64,000 nt of DNA from Nitrospirota bacterium (lineage in GTDB: Bacteria > Nitrospinota_A > UBA7883). Positions 28,446 to 36,914 of this stretch are shown piece by piece (the stretch's first letter is position 1; each line of letters starts with the position of its first letter). Location of the stretch: NCBI GenBank assembly GCA_024275315.1, contig JAJRZK010000006.1, forward strand, positions 830 to 64,829. Reading direction: 5' to 3'. The notes below the pieces were generated by a model. That model had not been told where the DNA came from. It worked only from the letters and a program-made list of their open reading frames with translations, and ran no database searches. The translations under genes were made by a program, and so were the position numbers.

Positions 28446-28590
28446 TTGTCCTGTTATGATGTAATCTTGGATTATACGATTTTAAGCGTCTGATTTAGAC
28501 GCAGGCCAAGTGCCGGTTTTGCACAGGTTGTTTGGCTGGCGAAGGTGGCTTCGGGCGGAAACAAATAGCAATAAGAAGTGGAGAAAACAG

Positions 28591-28827
28591 ATGGCAGAAG
28601 TAGATAAAAGCTTGATTGAAACAGCTCTGGACGAAATACGGCCGGCTCTCGCCGCAGATGGCGGCAATGTAGAATTTATAGACGCGAATGATGAAGGTGT
28701 TGTCCTGGTAAGATTGCAGGGCGCCTGTTCCGGGTGTGCGTCTGCGTCTGTGACCCTGAAAATGGGGATAGAAAAGACGTTAAAAGAAAAGGTCCCGGGT
28801 GTCACCGCCGTTCAGGCGATAATGTAG
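28591..28827 (+). CDS. NifU-C/Nfu-type Fe-S scaffold (78 aa)
   Basis: IRPALAADGGNVE...RLQGACSGC...TLKMGIE. Confidence 0.92.
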   Translation: MAEVDKSLIETALDEIRPALAADGGNVEFIDANDEGVVLVRLQGACSGCASASVTLKMGIEKTLKEKVPGVTAVQAIM

Positions 28828-28837
28828 GTATAACGAT

Positions 28838-29923
28838 ATGGCCGACAGGGAACAGATCATAGAAGCGCTGAAACAGGTTATGTATCCGGGGTTTGATAGG
28901 GACATCATCACCCTTGGAGCGGTCGACGACATCCGTACAGGGCCGGACTCTATCACGATAACTCTCAAAAAGATCTCCGCGGACGAGGCCACTGTAGCCG
29001 GTCTTTCCGAGGAGATTCTCCTGCATGTCGGCAAGGTGGCCGCGGACAGAAAGGTAAACGTTGTCCATGGTGACGGAAAAGGCGGGCATGACCATGGTAA
29101 CGGCGGCGATAACAACAATAGTAAAACCCCCTTCCAGCGCAAGACCCTGCCCGGTGTGAAACATATCGTCCCTGTCACTTCCGGCAAGGGTGGTGTGGGC
29201 AAATCGACTGTAGCGGTCAACCTCGCCCATACGGTGTCGGAGCTGGGGTCGAAAGTCGGCATTCTTGACCTGGACATTTTCGGCCCGTCGGTTCACAAGA
29301 TGCTGGGGACGAACGAGCGTCTTGCGGTCGTGGACGACATGATATTGCCGGTGGAGAAGTACGGGTTGAAGCTGATCTCCATAGGCATGGCCGTAGACGA
29401 CGCCGAGGCGATGATTCTGCGGGGTCCGATGGTGATGAAGGTGATAGACCAGCTTATAAACCAGGTCAACTGGGGCGAGCTGGACTACCTGTTCGTCGAT
29501 CTGCCCCCCGGCACGGGAGACGTTCCCCTTTCGCTGACACAGCAACTGGCCATAGATGGCGCTGTGGTGGTGACAACACCGCAGGATGTGGCCCTTATCG
29601 ATGTGCGGCGGTCTGTCTCGATGTATAAGCAGACCCAGACCAGGATCCTGGGGATAGTGGAGAACATGAGCTATTACGTGTGTGGCAAGTGCGGAGAAAT
29701 AGCCCACCTGTTTGGAGAAGGCGGAGGAGCCGCCGAAGCCGAGTCGCTGGGTGTGCCCCTGCTCGGATCCATTCCCCTGGTAAAGTCCATCTGCACCGGG
29801 GCGGACAATGGCTCGCCTGTTTTCAACCGCGAGACCAACCCCGAGCTTGCGAAAGTGTTCGAAAGCCTGGCCGAGCGCGTCAAGGAAGAGGTGGCGAAGG
29901 TCCCGGCGCCCCTGACAGGGTAG
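28838..29923 (+). CDS. Mrp/ApbC/NBP35 Fe-S cluster carrier ATPase
   Basis: SGKGGVGKST, DLPPGTGD and ENMSYYVCGKC. Confidence 0.94.
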   Translation: MADREQIIEALKQVMYPGFDRDIITLGAVDDIRTGPDSITITLKKISADEATVAGLSEEILLHVGKVAADRKVNVVHGDGKGGHDHGNGGDNNNSKTPFQRKTLPGVKHIVPVTSGKGGVGKSTVAVNLAHTVSELGSKVGILDLDIFGPSVHKMLGTNERLAVVDDMILPVEKYGLKLISIGMAVDDAEAMILRGPMVMKVIDQLINQVNWGELDYLFVDLPPGTGDVPLSLTQQLAIDGAVVVTTPQDVALIDVRRSVSMYKQTQTRILGIVENMSYYVCGKCGEIAHLFGEGGGAAEAESLGVPLLGSIPLVKSICTGADNGSPVFNRETNPELAKVFESLAERVKEEVAKVPAPLTG

Positions 29924-29983
29924 CCTTCTTACGCTTGGCACAGGGTGACGGCCCGTCTTGGCAAATTGTGAAAGAAATTTTCG

Positions 29984-30011
29984 TGGACTAAATTCTCGTT
30001 ATCCTTATAAT
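29984..30011 (+). promoter_or_regulatory. sigma70 promoter for tRNA-Leu
   Basis: TGGACT, 16-bp spacer, TATAAT. Confidence 0.6.
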
Positions 30012-30056
30012 GTGAGTTCATTTCGGCGAATACCCTCATGCCGAAACGTTGAATGG

Positions 30057-30141
30057 GCCCTGGTGGTGGAACTGGTAGACACGCCATCTTGAGGGGGTGG
30101 TCGGGAGACCCGTTCCGGTTCGAGTCCGGACCAGGGCACCA
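30057..30141 (+). tRNA. tRNA-Leu (anticodon GAG)
   Basis: Acceptor stem GCCCTGG/CCAGGGC, D-loop TGGTAGAC, anticodon arm CCATC-TTGAGGG-GGTGG, long variable arm, GGTTCGAGTCC and encoded CCA. Confidence 0.96.
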
Positions 30142-30316
30142 AATATCACGTTATCCATGTAAGAACCCGGGCGGGCGCTATTGCGTTTTTACAATTCCGT
30201 TTTCCGTTACGGAGCCCCCAACAGGGCCGGATAATGCGACCGCCCGGGTGGAAAAGCAACCGGGAAAAAGACCTATAGATCCGATGCGCGCAACCGCTGC
30301 CGCTTTTATGACCAAA

Positions 30317-30376
30317 CTACATGCTTTAATGACCGGGCACATGCTCTTGCGCCAGGCTACATGCTTTAATGGCCAA
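30317..30376. repeat. three imperfect 20-bp tandem repeats with ACATGCT core
   Basis: CTACATGCTTTAATGACCGG / GCACATGCTCTTGCGCCAGG / CTACATGCTTTAATGGCCAA. Confidence 0.65.
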
Positions 30377-30488
30377 GATACAGGTCGCCGCTTTCGTGCT
30401 CAAACAAAATATCTGTCCGCGCGGGGATATTGTCAAGTTATAGACTGGCAACCCCGCGCGGACCCGGCTATAAAAGCGCGTTTATGGA

Positions 30489-31700
30489 TTAAAACAGATA
30501 CATTGCGTAGAGCTTGACCCGGTTGTCCGTACCGTCATCGAGCCCTTTGTACTCGGTTGTCCACGACAGGTATTCCATGCCTATGTAGACCGGATCGACC
30601 ACCTTGAACTTGTCCGCGAAGTAATAGATCGTGTTCTTGTCCCGGCCTTCGTTGTCTATATCCTCATAATCGGGATCGTCGAAAGAATACCCCAGTGCGA
30701 CGGAATTTCTGTCCGATGTTTTTATCCCCAGTTCGATCCAGCCACCTTTTGCGTCGATCTCCTTTCCGGTGGTGGCGTTTACCCCCTGGAATATGCCCCC
30801 TCTCACGTCGTCCACGTTGCTTCCGAACCAGAGTTCACCCTGCATGGTGATCGCCTCGGTGAACAGGGGAATAAACGCGTCTACCCCGTATGCGATGGAA
30901 TCCCATTTGTTTTGTCCGGCGATTGCGGTGTCGCTCTCCTCCCATGCCCGATGGCCCCACACGCCGATCTCGATCCGTTGTTCGCCGACGAACGAGGGGA
31001 TGCGATAGGCGATCCGGCCCTGCACAGTCGGTTTACCCGAGTTTTCGCCGTTTGTGACGCCACGGTCATCGTAGTTCTCCCCTGCGATAGCGCCGGTAAG
31101 CCCCAGGGCGGCCTGGATGTAAAGCCGGCCTGAGCCGGCCGCGGGGTGATAGTCGAAACGGAGCTGTGGCCTCCTGTCGCCCAGGTTGCCCGCGCCCCAC
31201 ATCACCATGTCGTAGTTGACCGATGGATAGAGCGGGGAGATAAGGTCTGATGTCTGGCCGGCGAGGAAGGTGTAGTTGTCTCCGCCAAGCTTCATGTACG
31301 CGTGACGCATGCGGAACATGTTGCGTGAATCGGATGACGGCCACGCGTAGAAATCGACCTCTATCCTTCCATCAATTTTCAGCGCCGATCCTGTGTCAGG
31401 CGCGTTGAACAGTATGCCGAACCGGGACAGGCGCGGTGTCATCGTAAACGAGGAATTGTCCTTTCTGACGCCGGAGAAGGCGTCTTCGGATCGTATGTAT
31501 CCGATGATCTGGTTGTCGTTCGGCTCCGAGTCGTCGTAAATGGCGTCGAGCCGGATAAATCCGTATAGTTTGAAAGTAGATCCCTTTTTCGTCACCAGCG
31601 CCGCGCCGTCCTGGCTTGATGCGGTGGCGTTTTTATGGGTGAAAACCGTGATCAACATTATCAGAATAGCTGTAATGAACGGCCATGACCGTTTGGACAT
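30489..31700 (-). CDS. DcaP-like outer-membrane porin
   Basis: Signal peptide, FKLYGFIRLDAIYD, SRFG, GRIEVDF, RMRHAY, LAGQT and C-terminal YLF; SD GGAG upstream of ATG 31700. Confidence 0.8.
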   Translation of the reverse strand: MSKRSWPFITAILIMLITVFTHKNATASSQDGAALVTKKGSTFKLYGFIRLDAIYDDSEPNDNQIIGYIRSEDAFSGVRKDNSSFTMTPRLSRFGILFNAPDTGSALKIDGRIEVDFYAWPSSDSRNMFRMRHAYMKLGGDNYTFLAGQTSDLISPLYPSVNYDMVMWGAGNLGDRRPQLRFDYHPAAGSGRLYIQAALGLTGAIAGENYDDRGVTNGENSGKPTVQGRIAYRIPSFVGEQRIEIGVWGHRAWEESDTAIAGQNKWDSIAYGVDAFIPLFTEAITMQGELWFGSNVDDVRGGIFQGVNATTGKEIDAKGGWIELGIKTSDRNSVALGYSFDDPDYEDIDNEGRDKNTIYYFADKFKVVDPVYIGMEYLSWTTEYKGLDDGTDNRVKLYAMYLF

Positions 31701-31903
31701 AATAGTTCTCCATTTGCTTTTTGGTGTTGGTTTTGTCGTATCGGGAGCCAACTGTTCCATTTCTGGTGATTTGCGTAGATTGGCGGAATTTCGGAATACC
31801 GGTGTTTTGTGAAACCCGCCGGAACCGGACACAGCAATGGCTACATCCAGCTCCCGCTATTTACCACTGAGAGTTTCGTTGACTTTCGACGATGTCGGGC
31901 CGT

Positions 31904-32917
31904 CTACAGGTTTGAAAAGGCCGTAAGCCGCTCGAAACCTTTGAAAGGCTTTCCGTCGATCTCTATGTATGGATCCGGGCCGAAATAGTTTAGCTTTTCA
32001 CCTGCCTGTCGCGGAAACTTGATATCCCGTCCTTCGCTGAACTTGAAGCGGTTTTCGCATATCGAGCCCCAGTAGTATTCTCTCTTGTCCGGATTTTTCC
32101 TGGCTTCGGAAATGTCCACGGGAACCCAACCGAGCCCTGCGGCGTAAAACTTCGCCCAGCAGTGGTACCCCCCCGCCTTGAGTTGTTTGCGATCTTTACC
32201 AGGTGTGAGAGGATATCCCATTTCAAACTTGACGGGGATATTCTGGACCCTCATCATCGATGCGAAAAGGGAATGAAAATCGGTGCAGTTACCCGCCCCC
32301 TCCCCGGAGCCGTTTATCATCACGCAGGCTCTGTTCACATCCCCTTTTCCAAAGCCCGGTATCTGCTTGTTATAGTTCATATGGCCGACTATCCAGTCGT
32401 AAATGGCTCTTGCTTTTTCTATGGCTCCTTTTTTGCCCGCTGTGGCCTCGGCGGAATATTTTCTGACCTTGTCGTTTATGACGGCGTAATGGCTTGGCTC
32501 GAGAAACAGCCTGAACTGCCCGCTGTCATGCACGTAAAAATCATTTTCGGGATCCACTTTTCTGGTCAGGCTTTCGACCCGGTCCACGGTATATACCACA
32601 TTTATGGAAAAGGGCTTTTTGGGGTTGTCCGTGGTGATGAAGAGGGCGCTGTTGCCATATTTGGGCTCATGCTCGACAGTGACAGGGTAGGGGCTGTCGA
32701 TTTTCACGTCAAGAATGCTCTGGTCCTCGTCGCTGGGCGGGTATGGTATCCACATGTTCAGCCTGGACGCGCCGGAGGGTATATCCCTGACTTTTACGAC
32801 ATATGTGAAATTGAAAGTCCTGTGATTCGGGGTTGCGGCTTCCAGAGTTCCGGAAAAACAGAGTGTAAGGAAGGAAAGTGTGACAAAACCAATAAAGCGA
32901 TTGTGGGCGATATTCAT
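31904..32917 (-). CDS. secreted transglutaminase-like (Cys-His-Asp) protein
   Basis: Signal peptide, WIPYP, KARAIYDW, GNCTDFHSLF, GYHCWAKFY and GWVPVD. Confidence 0.88.
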   Translation of the reverse strand: MNIAHNRFIGFVTLSFLTLCFSGTLEAATPNHRTFNFTYVVKVRDIPSGASRLNMWIPYPPSDEDQSILDVKIDSPYPVTVEHEPKYGNSALFITTDNPKKPFSINVVYTVDRVESLTRKVDPENDFYVHDSGQFRLFLEPSHYAVINDKVRKYSAEATAGKKGAIEKARAIYDWIVGHMNYNKQIPGFGKGDVNRACVMINGSGEGAGNCTDFHSLFASMMRVQNIPVKFEMGYPLTPGKDRKQLKAGGYHCWAKFYAAGLGWVPVDISEARKNPDKREYYWGSICENRFKFSEGRDIKFPRQAGEKLNYFGPDPYIEIDGKPFKGFERLTAFSNL

Positions 32918-32946
32918 AGGAAGTCTCCTCTAGATTCTTTTCTGTG

Positions 32947-33060
32947 TTACATCAGGCGCACCTCCCGCCCGATACGCGAGCCGAGCCCGGGGCGCTTGAT
33001 GCGGGGAATTTTCAGGGCATGGTTACACCACGCCGCTCGAACGCCTCAGAGCTTGTGCAT
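32947..33060 (-). other. leader uORF MHKL-UGA with SECIS-like hairpin (37-residue product if UGA is recoded)
   Basis: SD AAGGAGGT 7 nt before ATG 33060, TGA at 33048-33046, hairpin GGCGTGGT-GTA-ACCATGCC starting 11 nt after TGA, next in-frame stop TAA at 32949-32947. Confidence 0.55.
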
Positions 33061-33106
33061 GATGTTGACCTCCTTTTTACGAATCCGACAAAGACTGTTG
33101 CGGCCT

Positions 33107-33136
33107 ATTATAGCGCCATTTTTTGTCATTTGTAAC
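33107..33136 (-). promoter_or_regulatory. sigma70-type promoter for the leader/transglutaminase/porin transcript
   Basis: Perfect TATAAT at 33112-33107; weak -35 (GTTACA/TTACAA) 17-18 bp upstream. Confidence 0.55.
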
Positions 33137-33249
33137 CCTGGTATTACACTAATCTGAAAAAAATAGGCGACCGGCTGAATATCGACAAATTATCAATGAC
33201 TTCGAACTTGCCGGCTGGGTCTCCCCGTCTGTCATTTCAGCCGGGACCA

Positions 33250-33729
33250 TTATTTCAGCATGGTTTCGGCTTGCCGTATACGCTCGGCTTCATAGTCCAC
33301 CACGAGGTTTTCATATTCGCCATCCATAAGAGGGCTGGAAATGGCGAAGTCGGCGGAGGACCTGTTGCAGGCCAGCACGATGTTATAAACCGTGGCGATC
33401 CGCTGGAGAGCGTGGATGTCCGGCTCGTGAGGGTGTGACATAAGCGGGTCCCACAGGAAGATGACGACATCGATTTTGTTGTCGGCGATCCTGGCGCCTA
33501 TTTGCTGGTCCCCTCCCAGCGGGCCGCTTTTAAACAGACAGATCTCAAGCCCCAACTCGCGGGCGATGATGGTCCCAGTTGTGCCGGTGGCGAAAAGCTC
33601 GTGGCGGGCGAGCGACTCCTTGTTGAACTTCACCCATTCGAGCATGTCCTTCTTACGTGAATCATGCGCCACAAGCGCGATCCGCTTTTTCTTCGGAAAA
33701 CGCACTCTTTTATGTGTCGAGTAGCTCAT
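33250..33729 (-). CDS. mgsA: methylglyoxal synthase
   Basis: IALVAHD..K, ATGTTG, SGPLGGDQQIGA, FLWDPL..HPHEPD and ACNRSSAD. Confidence 0.96.
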   Translation of the reverse strand: MSYSTHKRVRFPKKKRIALVAHDSRKKDMLEWVKFNKESLARHELFATGTTGTIIARELGLEICLFKSGPLGGDQQIGARIADNKIDVVIFLWDPLMSHPHEPDIHALQRIATVYNIVLACNRSSADFAISSPLMDGEYENLVVDYEAERIRQAETMLK

Positions 33730-33736
33730 GATTCCA

Positions 33737-35566
33737 TTATTTCCGCGGTGGAGCCTCTCTCCTGCGATGTACGGCGAAATTCACCAGGTAGTTGAACAAC
33801 CGGATCAACTTTCCACCTTCACGTTTCTGATCGGCCCAGTGGCCTATCATTCCGATAGTTCTGGCCAGCACGAAAAACCCGTTTAGAGTTTCGTTCGGGA
33901 ACCCGAGATCGGTTAGAATGCACGCTATGCATCCGTCCACGTTCAGGATAAGGTTACCCTTTTTGCTCGTGGTGACTTTTTCAACTTCCAGGGCGTAATC
34001 GAGATGAGGTGTCCTCAATCCCAGCTCACGCACGCATTTTTTCAGTTCCAACACCCGCCTGTCCGGATTTTTCACCGACTTGACACGATGCCCGATACCC
34101 GGCACCGGGCCGTGGTTCTTTTTCATGTAAGCCAGGAACCCGGTAATATCGTTCGGGTAGTTCAATAATCCGTAATTGAAAAACTTGCCCGCGTCGGTCA
34201 CCGCGCCCCCGAACCTGGGACCGATCATTATCAGCCCGGCGGCCACCGATTGGCTCATGCCGATACCCGCGCACGCCGCCATGATGGTAGCCAACGCCCC
34301 CGACACACACGGGCCATGGTCGGCTGTGAGCATCAGGATACGTCGTATAACCTCCGCTTCCTTGTCGTTTATCAGCCGTTTGTTCCACAACAGCCCCAGG
34401 ATGTGGGGAATGTCGTATCCCTTTTCGATAAGGTCGGACGCCGGATAACCGCAATAAAGCGGCTCTTCGCCCCGGTCGTCGGTGATGGTGGTCTTTAGCA
34501 GGGGCTGGACCATGATGTCGCCGGACCCCAGGACCTCCTCCACCTTTCTGGGTAAATCCGGCAGTTGCGACGCTGGTATGTCCTCCACCACGCTGGCCTG
34601 ACCAGTGGCTTTCAGGTCTTCATAAACCTGTTTAATGGTGTTGCCAAGATCGCCGAAGGTCGGCGGCACGATCACACCGGCTTTCTTCAGGATATCGCTT
34701 TTTGACCTGGCCGAACCTTCGCCATGTTGCCCCTCCTTGGCGCCGGCGTGGCCGAATTTCATCCCCTTGGGCAACGATTCCTGACAAAAACCGGAAACCA
34801 CGGCTACCAGCTTGATCCGGCGCGGCTTGGCGGCGTACCATTCCGCGGCTTTCTCCTCGAGATCACCACCCATTTCGCCTACTATGATCACCGATTTGGT
34901 TTGGGGGTCCTTCTCGAACAACTCAAGGTAAGTCACGAAATCCGTACACGGATATGCGTCCCCCCCGATGCCGATAGTCGTGGTGATACCGTCGGCGAAC
35001 TGGGAAACGAGCCACATGATCTCGTTGGACAATCCGCCGGACTTGGTCAACACGCCGAACGACCCCTGCCTGTAAAGCTTGGACAGCTTCAGGTTGTTAT
35101 ACTCCCCTCCGACAACCCCCAGCCTGCATTCGCCAGCGGATATGATGCCAATGGCCGATGGGCCGTTTAACAGTTTGTTCACCTTTTTTGAATGTTTGAT
35201 AAGCAGTTTGGCGTCTTTTTCAGGGACACCTTCCGTTATCATCGACACGAACTTGATTTTGTCGTTGTCCAGCGCCTCCATGCAGCCCGTATAGGCCCTG
35301 TTTGCGCCTATATACACAAGGCAGGTGTTGGTTTCGGGATGGTTTTCCGTGGCGTCGGCCAGGGTTTTGTATATGGGAATAGACAGAAATTGCGACCCGA
35401 AAGGTATTTCCGACGATTTACCGGCGTCAGGGGGATAAACAAACGAGGTGACGTTATAATCCCTGTTGCAAAGGTAACAGAACTCCGCCATTCTCTTTGC
35501 GGCGTTCACACCGGCCACGCCGCCCATTATCACTACTTTCGTATCTTTTGTTGCGACAATACTCAT
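33737..35566 (-). CDS. aclA: ATP-citrate lyase alpha subunit
   Basis: CoA-binding/ligase domain with FGHAGA phospho-His, fused to a citryl-CoA lyase domain (ADHGPCVSGA, GPRFGGA, PGIGHRVKS, LNVDG); 609 aa. Confidence 0.95.
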   Translation of the reverse strand: MSIVATKDTKVVIMGGVAGVNAAKRMAEFCYLCNRDYNVTSFVYPPDAGKSSEIPFGSQFLSIPIYKTLADATENHPETNTCLVYIGANRAYTGCMEALDNDKIKFVSMITEGVPEKDAKLLIKHSKKVNKLLNGPSAIGIISAGECRLGVVGGEYNNLKLSKLYRQGSFGVLTKSGGLSNEIMWLVSQFADGITTTIGIGGDAYPCTDFVTYLELFEKDPQTKSVIIVGEMGGDLEEKAAEWYAAKPRRIKLVAVVSGFCQESLPKGMKFGHAGAKEGQHGEGSARSKSDILKKAGVIVPPTFGDLGNTIKQVYEDLKATGQASVVEDIPASQLPDLPRKVEEVLGSGDIMVQPLLKTTITDDRGEEPLYCGYPASDLIEKGYDIPHILGLLWNKRLINDKEAEVIRRILMLTADHGPCVSGALATIMAACAGIGMSQSVAAGLIMIGPRFGGAVTDAGKFFNYGLLNYPNDITGFLAYMKKNHGPVPGIGHRVKSVKNPDRRVLELKKCVRELGLRTPHLDYALEVEKVTTSKKGNLILNVDGCIACILTDLGFPNETLNGFFVLARTIGMIGHWADQKREGGKLIRLFNYLVNFAVHRRREAPPRK

Positions 35567-35570
35567 TATC

Positions 35571-36773
35571 CTAGCCCTCCCCCTTTAACGCGAATTTTAC
35601 GATATCGGTCAGGGGTGTGTACCGGTCGTAAACGTGTATATCGAACCCCTCGTCGCCGAGTTTACGCATGGACTCCAGCCCGATAGCCTCGTTGGGCCCG
35701 CCACGGCGCACCCAGATCTTTACGCCGTCGAGCTTGCCTTCCTGCTTGGCCTTGCGAAAACCGGCTATGATGCCTGCGAACGTCGCCTTGACATCGGTGA
35801 AGTTGGCGATCGCCCCGCCTACTATTATGTGTTTGATTCCGGGAAGCGAGCACACCTTGTCCGTCAACGCCTCAACAGCCCAGGCCGGCGGGTCGCCGGA
35901 ATACTCCGAGTAATTGGCGAGAGTGCCGCCCAGAGCCACCACAGCGTCGGAATAAAAGACAGAAGCCCCGCCGCCGGCGGGGAGCATGGCCACTTCGCCG
36001 CCCGGTATCTCTATGAGCTTGACAGAACCCTTGACGCGGCTGTCTATCTCCATGATCTGTTTCTCGTCTTCCGTGTAGGCCCGGCCAAACTCGGGGGCGA
36101 ACGAAAAGTTCCAGTCCGGATGACGGAACCTCGCGTCCCCGTCGAGCATGATAACAGCGTCCAGCGCGCACAGCTTGCCATCGATCGGGCTTATTATCAG
36201 GGGATTTATCTCCATGTACTGGCCGTCCTCGTTGTCATAGCATTCATACAGGCGGCTGGCGAACTTGCGCATTTTATCTACCAGTTCACCGTCAAACCCC
36301 GCCTCCCTGGCGCACGATTCGAGCTGTTCATCTGTCGGTTTTTCACCAATTTCCACATGTGTGCGGGAGATTTTTTCCCAGTTATCCTCCACCTCGACCC
36401 CGCCGAACTTCGCCATGAGCACTTCCGCTCCCTCCCGGTCCGATTTGACCGCCAGGTAATACTCGTCTTCATGGACCAGCATTTCGGCTATGATGACTTG
36501 TGAGATGACCAACCCCTGCACCTCCACGCCAAGGATTTCCTTGGCGGTCGCGATCGCCTGGTCTATATCCAGATCGATTTTTACAAGCCCCAGTTTGAAC
36601 CTGGAACCGATAGCTTCATGCGCTTTTACAACCATTTTGCATTCGCGCATCCATTGGTTGGACTGAACCAGAGACTCTATCTGATCAGAAGTGGAAATAA
36701 CAACATGACGAGGAGTCCTGATGCCCCACTTATTAAACAATTCCATACCGGGTCCTTCAAGCACTTTGGCCAT
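35571..36773 (-). CDS. aclB: ATP-citrate lyase beta subunit
   Basis: ATP-grasp plus citrate-binding domain (AGGGASV, NYSEYSGDP, GGAIANFTDV, VRRGGPN); adjacent to aclA. Confidence 0.95.
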   Translation of the reverse strand: MAKVLEGPGMELFNKWGIRTPRHVVISTSDQIESLVQSNQWMRECKMVVKAHEAIGSRFKLGLVKIDLDIDQAIATAKEILGVEVQGLVISQVIIAEMLVHEDEYYLAVKSDREGAEVLMAKFGGVEVEDNWEKISRTHVEIGEKPTDEQLESCAREAGFDGELVDKMRKFASRLYECYDNEDGQYMEINPLIISPIDGKLCALDAVIMLDGDARFRHPDWNFSFAPEFGRAYTEDEKQIMEIDSRVKGSVKLIEIPGGEVAMLPAGGGASVFYSDAVVALGGTLANYSEYSGDPPAWAVEALTDKVCSLPGIKHIIVGGAIANFTDVKATFAGIIAGFRKAKQEGKLDGVKIWVRRGGPNEAIGLESMRKLGDEGFDIHVYDRYTPLTDIVKFALKGEG

Positions 36774-36829
36774 GGACTCTCCTCCAAAAGGCTGAAAATA
36801 TAGTTATCACAAACTAACAGGAAATAGAG

Positions 36830-36914
36830 AAAATAGCCGAACACGAAGGAAAAGTCAAACAGTCAATAAAACTTTTCAAATATTGTTGACAGACCCGCAA
36901 AAGGGATGTAGATT
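36830..36914. promoter_or_regulatory. back-to-back sigma70 promoters for aclBA (-) and rho (+)
   Basis: Minus strand: TTGACT (36858-36853), 17 bp, TATTTT. Plus strand: TTGACA (36886-36891), 17 bp, TAGATT (36909-36914). Confidence 0.65.

Noticed and set aside
30317-30376. Possible mini-CRISPR array
   Set aside because: The 20-bp period leaves no room for spacers, there are only three degenerate units, and no cas genes are present.
30053-30517. 154-aa plus-strand ORF
   Set aside because: It overlaps tRNA-Leu and the repeat region and has no protein-like features.
30142-33249. Integrated mobile element at tRNA-Leu
   Set aside because: No integrase or transposase, no duplicated tRNA 3' end seen in the window, and no obvious compositional shift.
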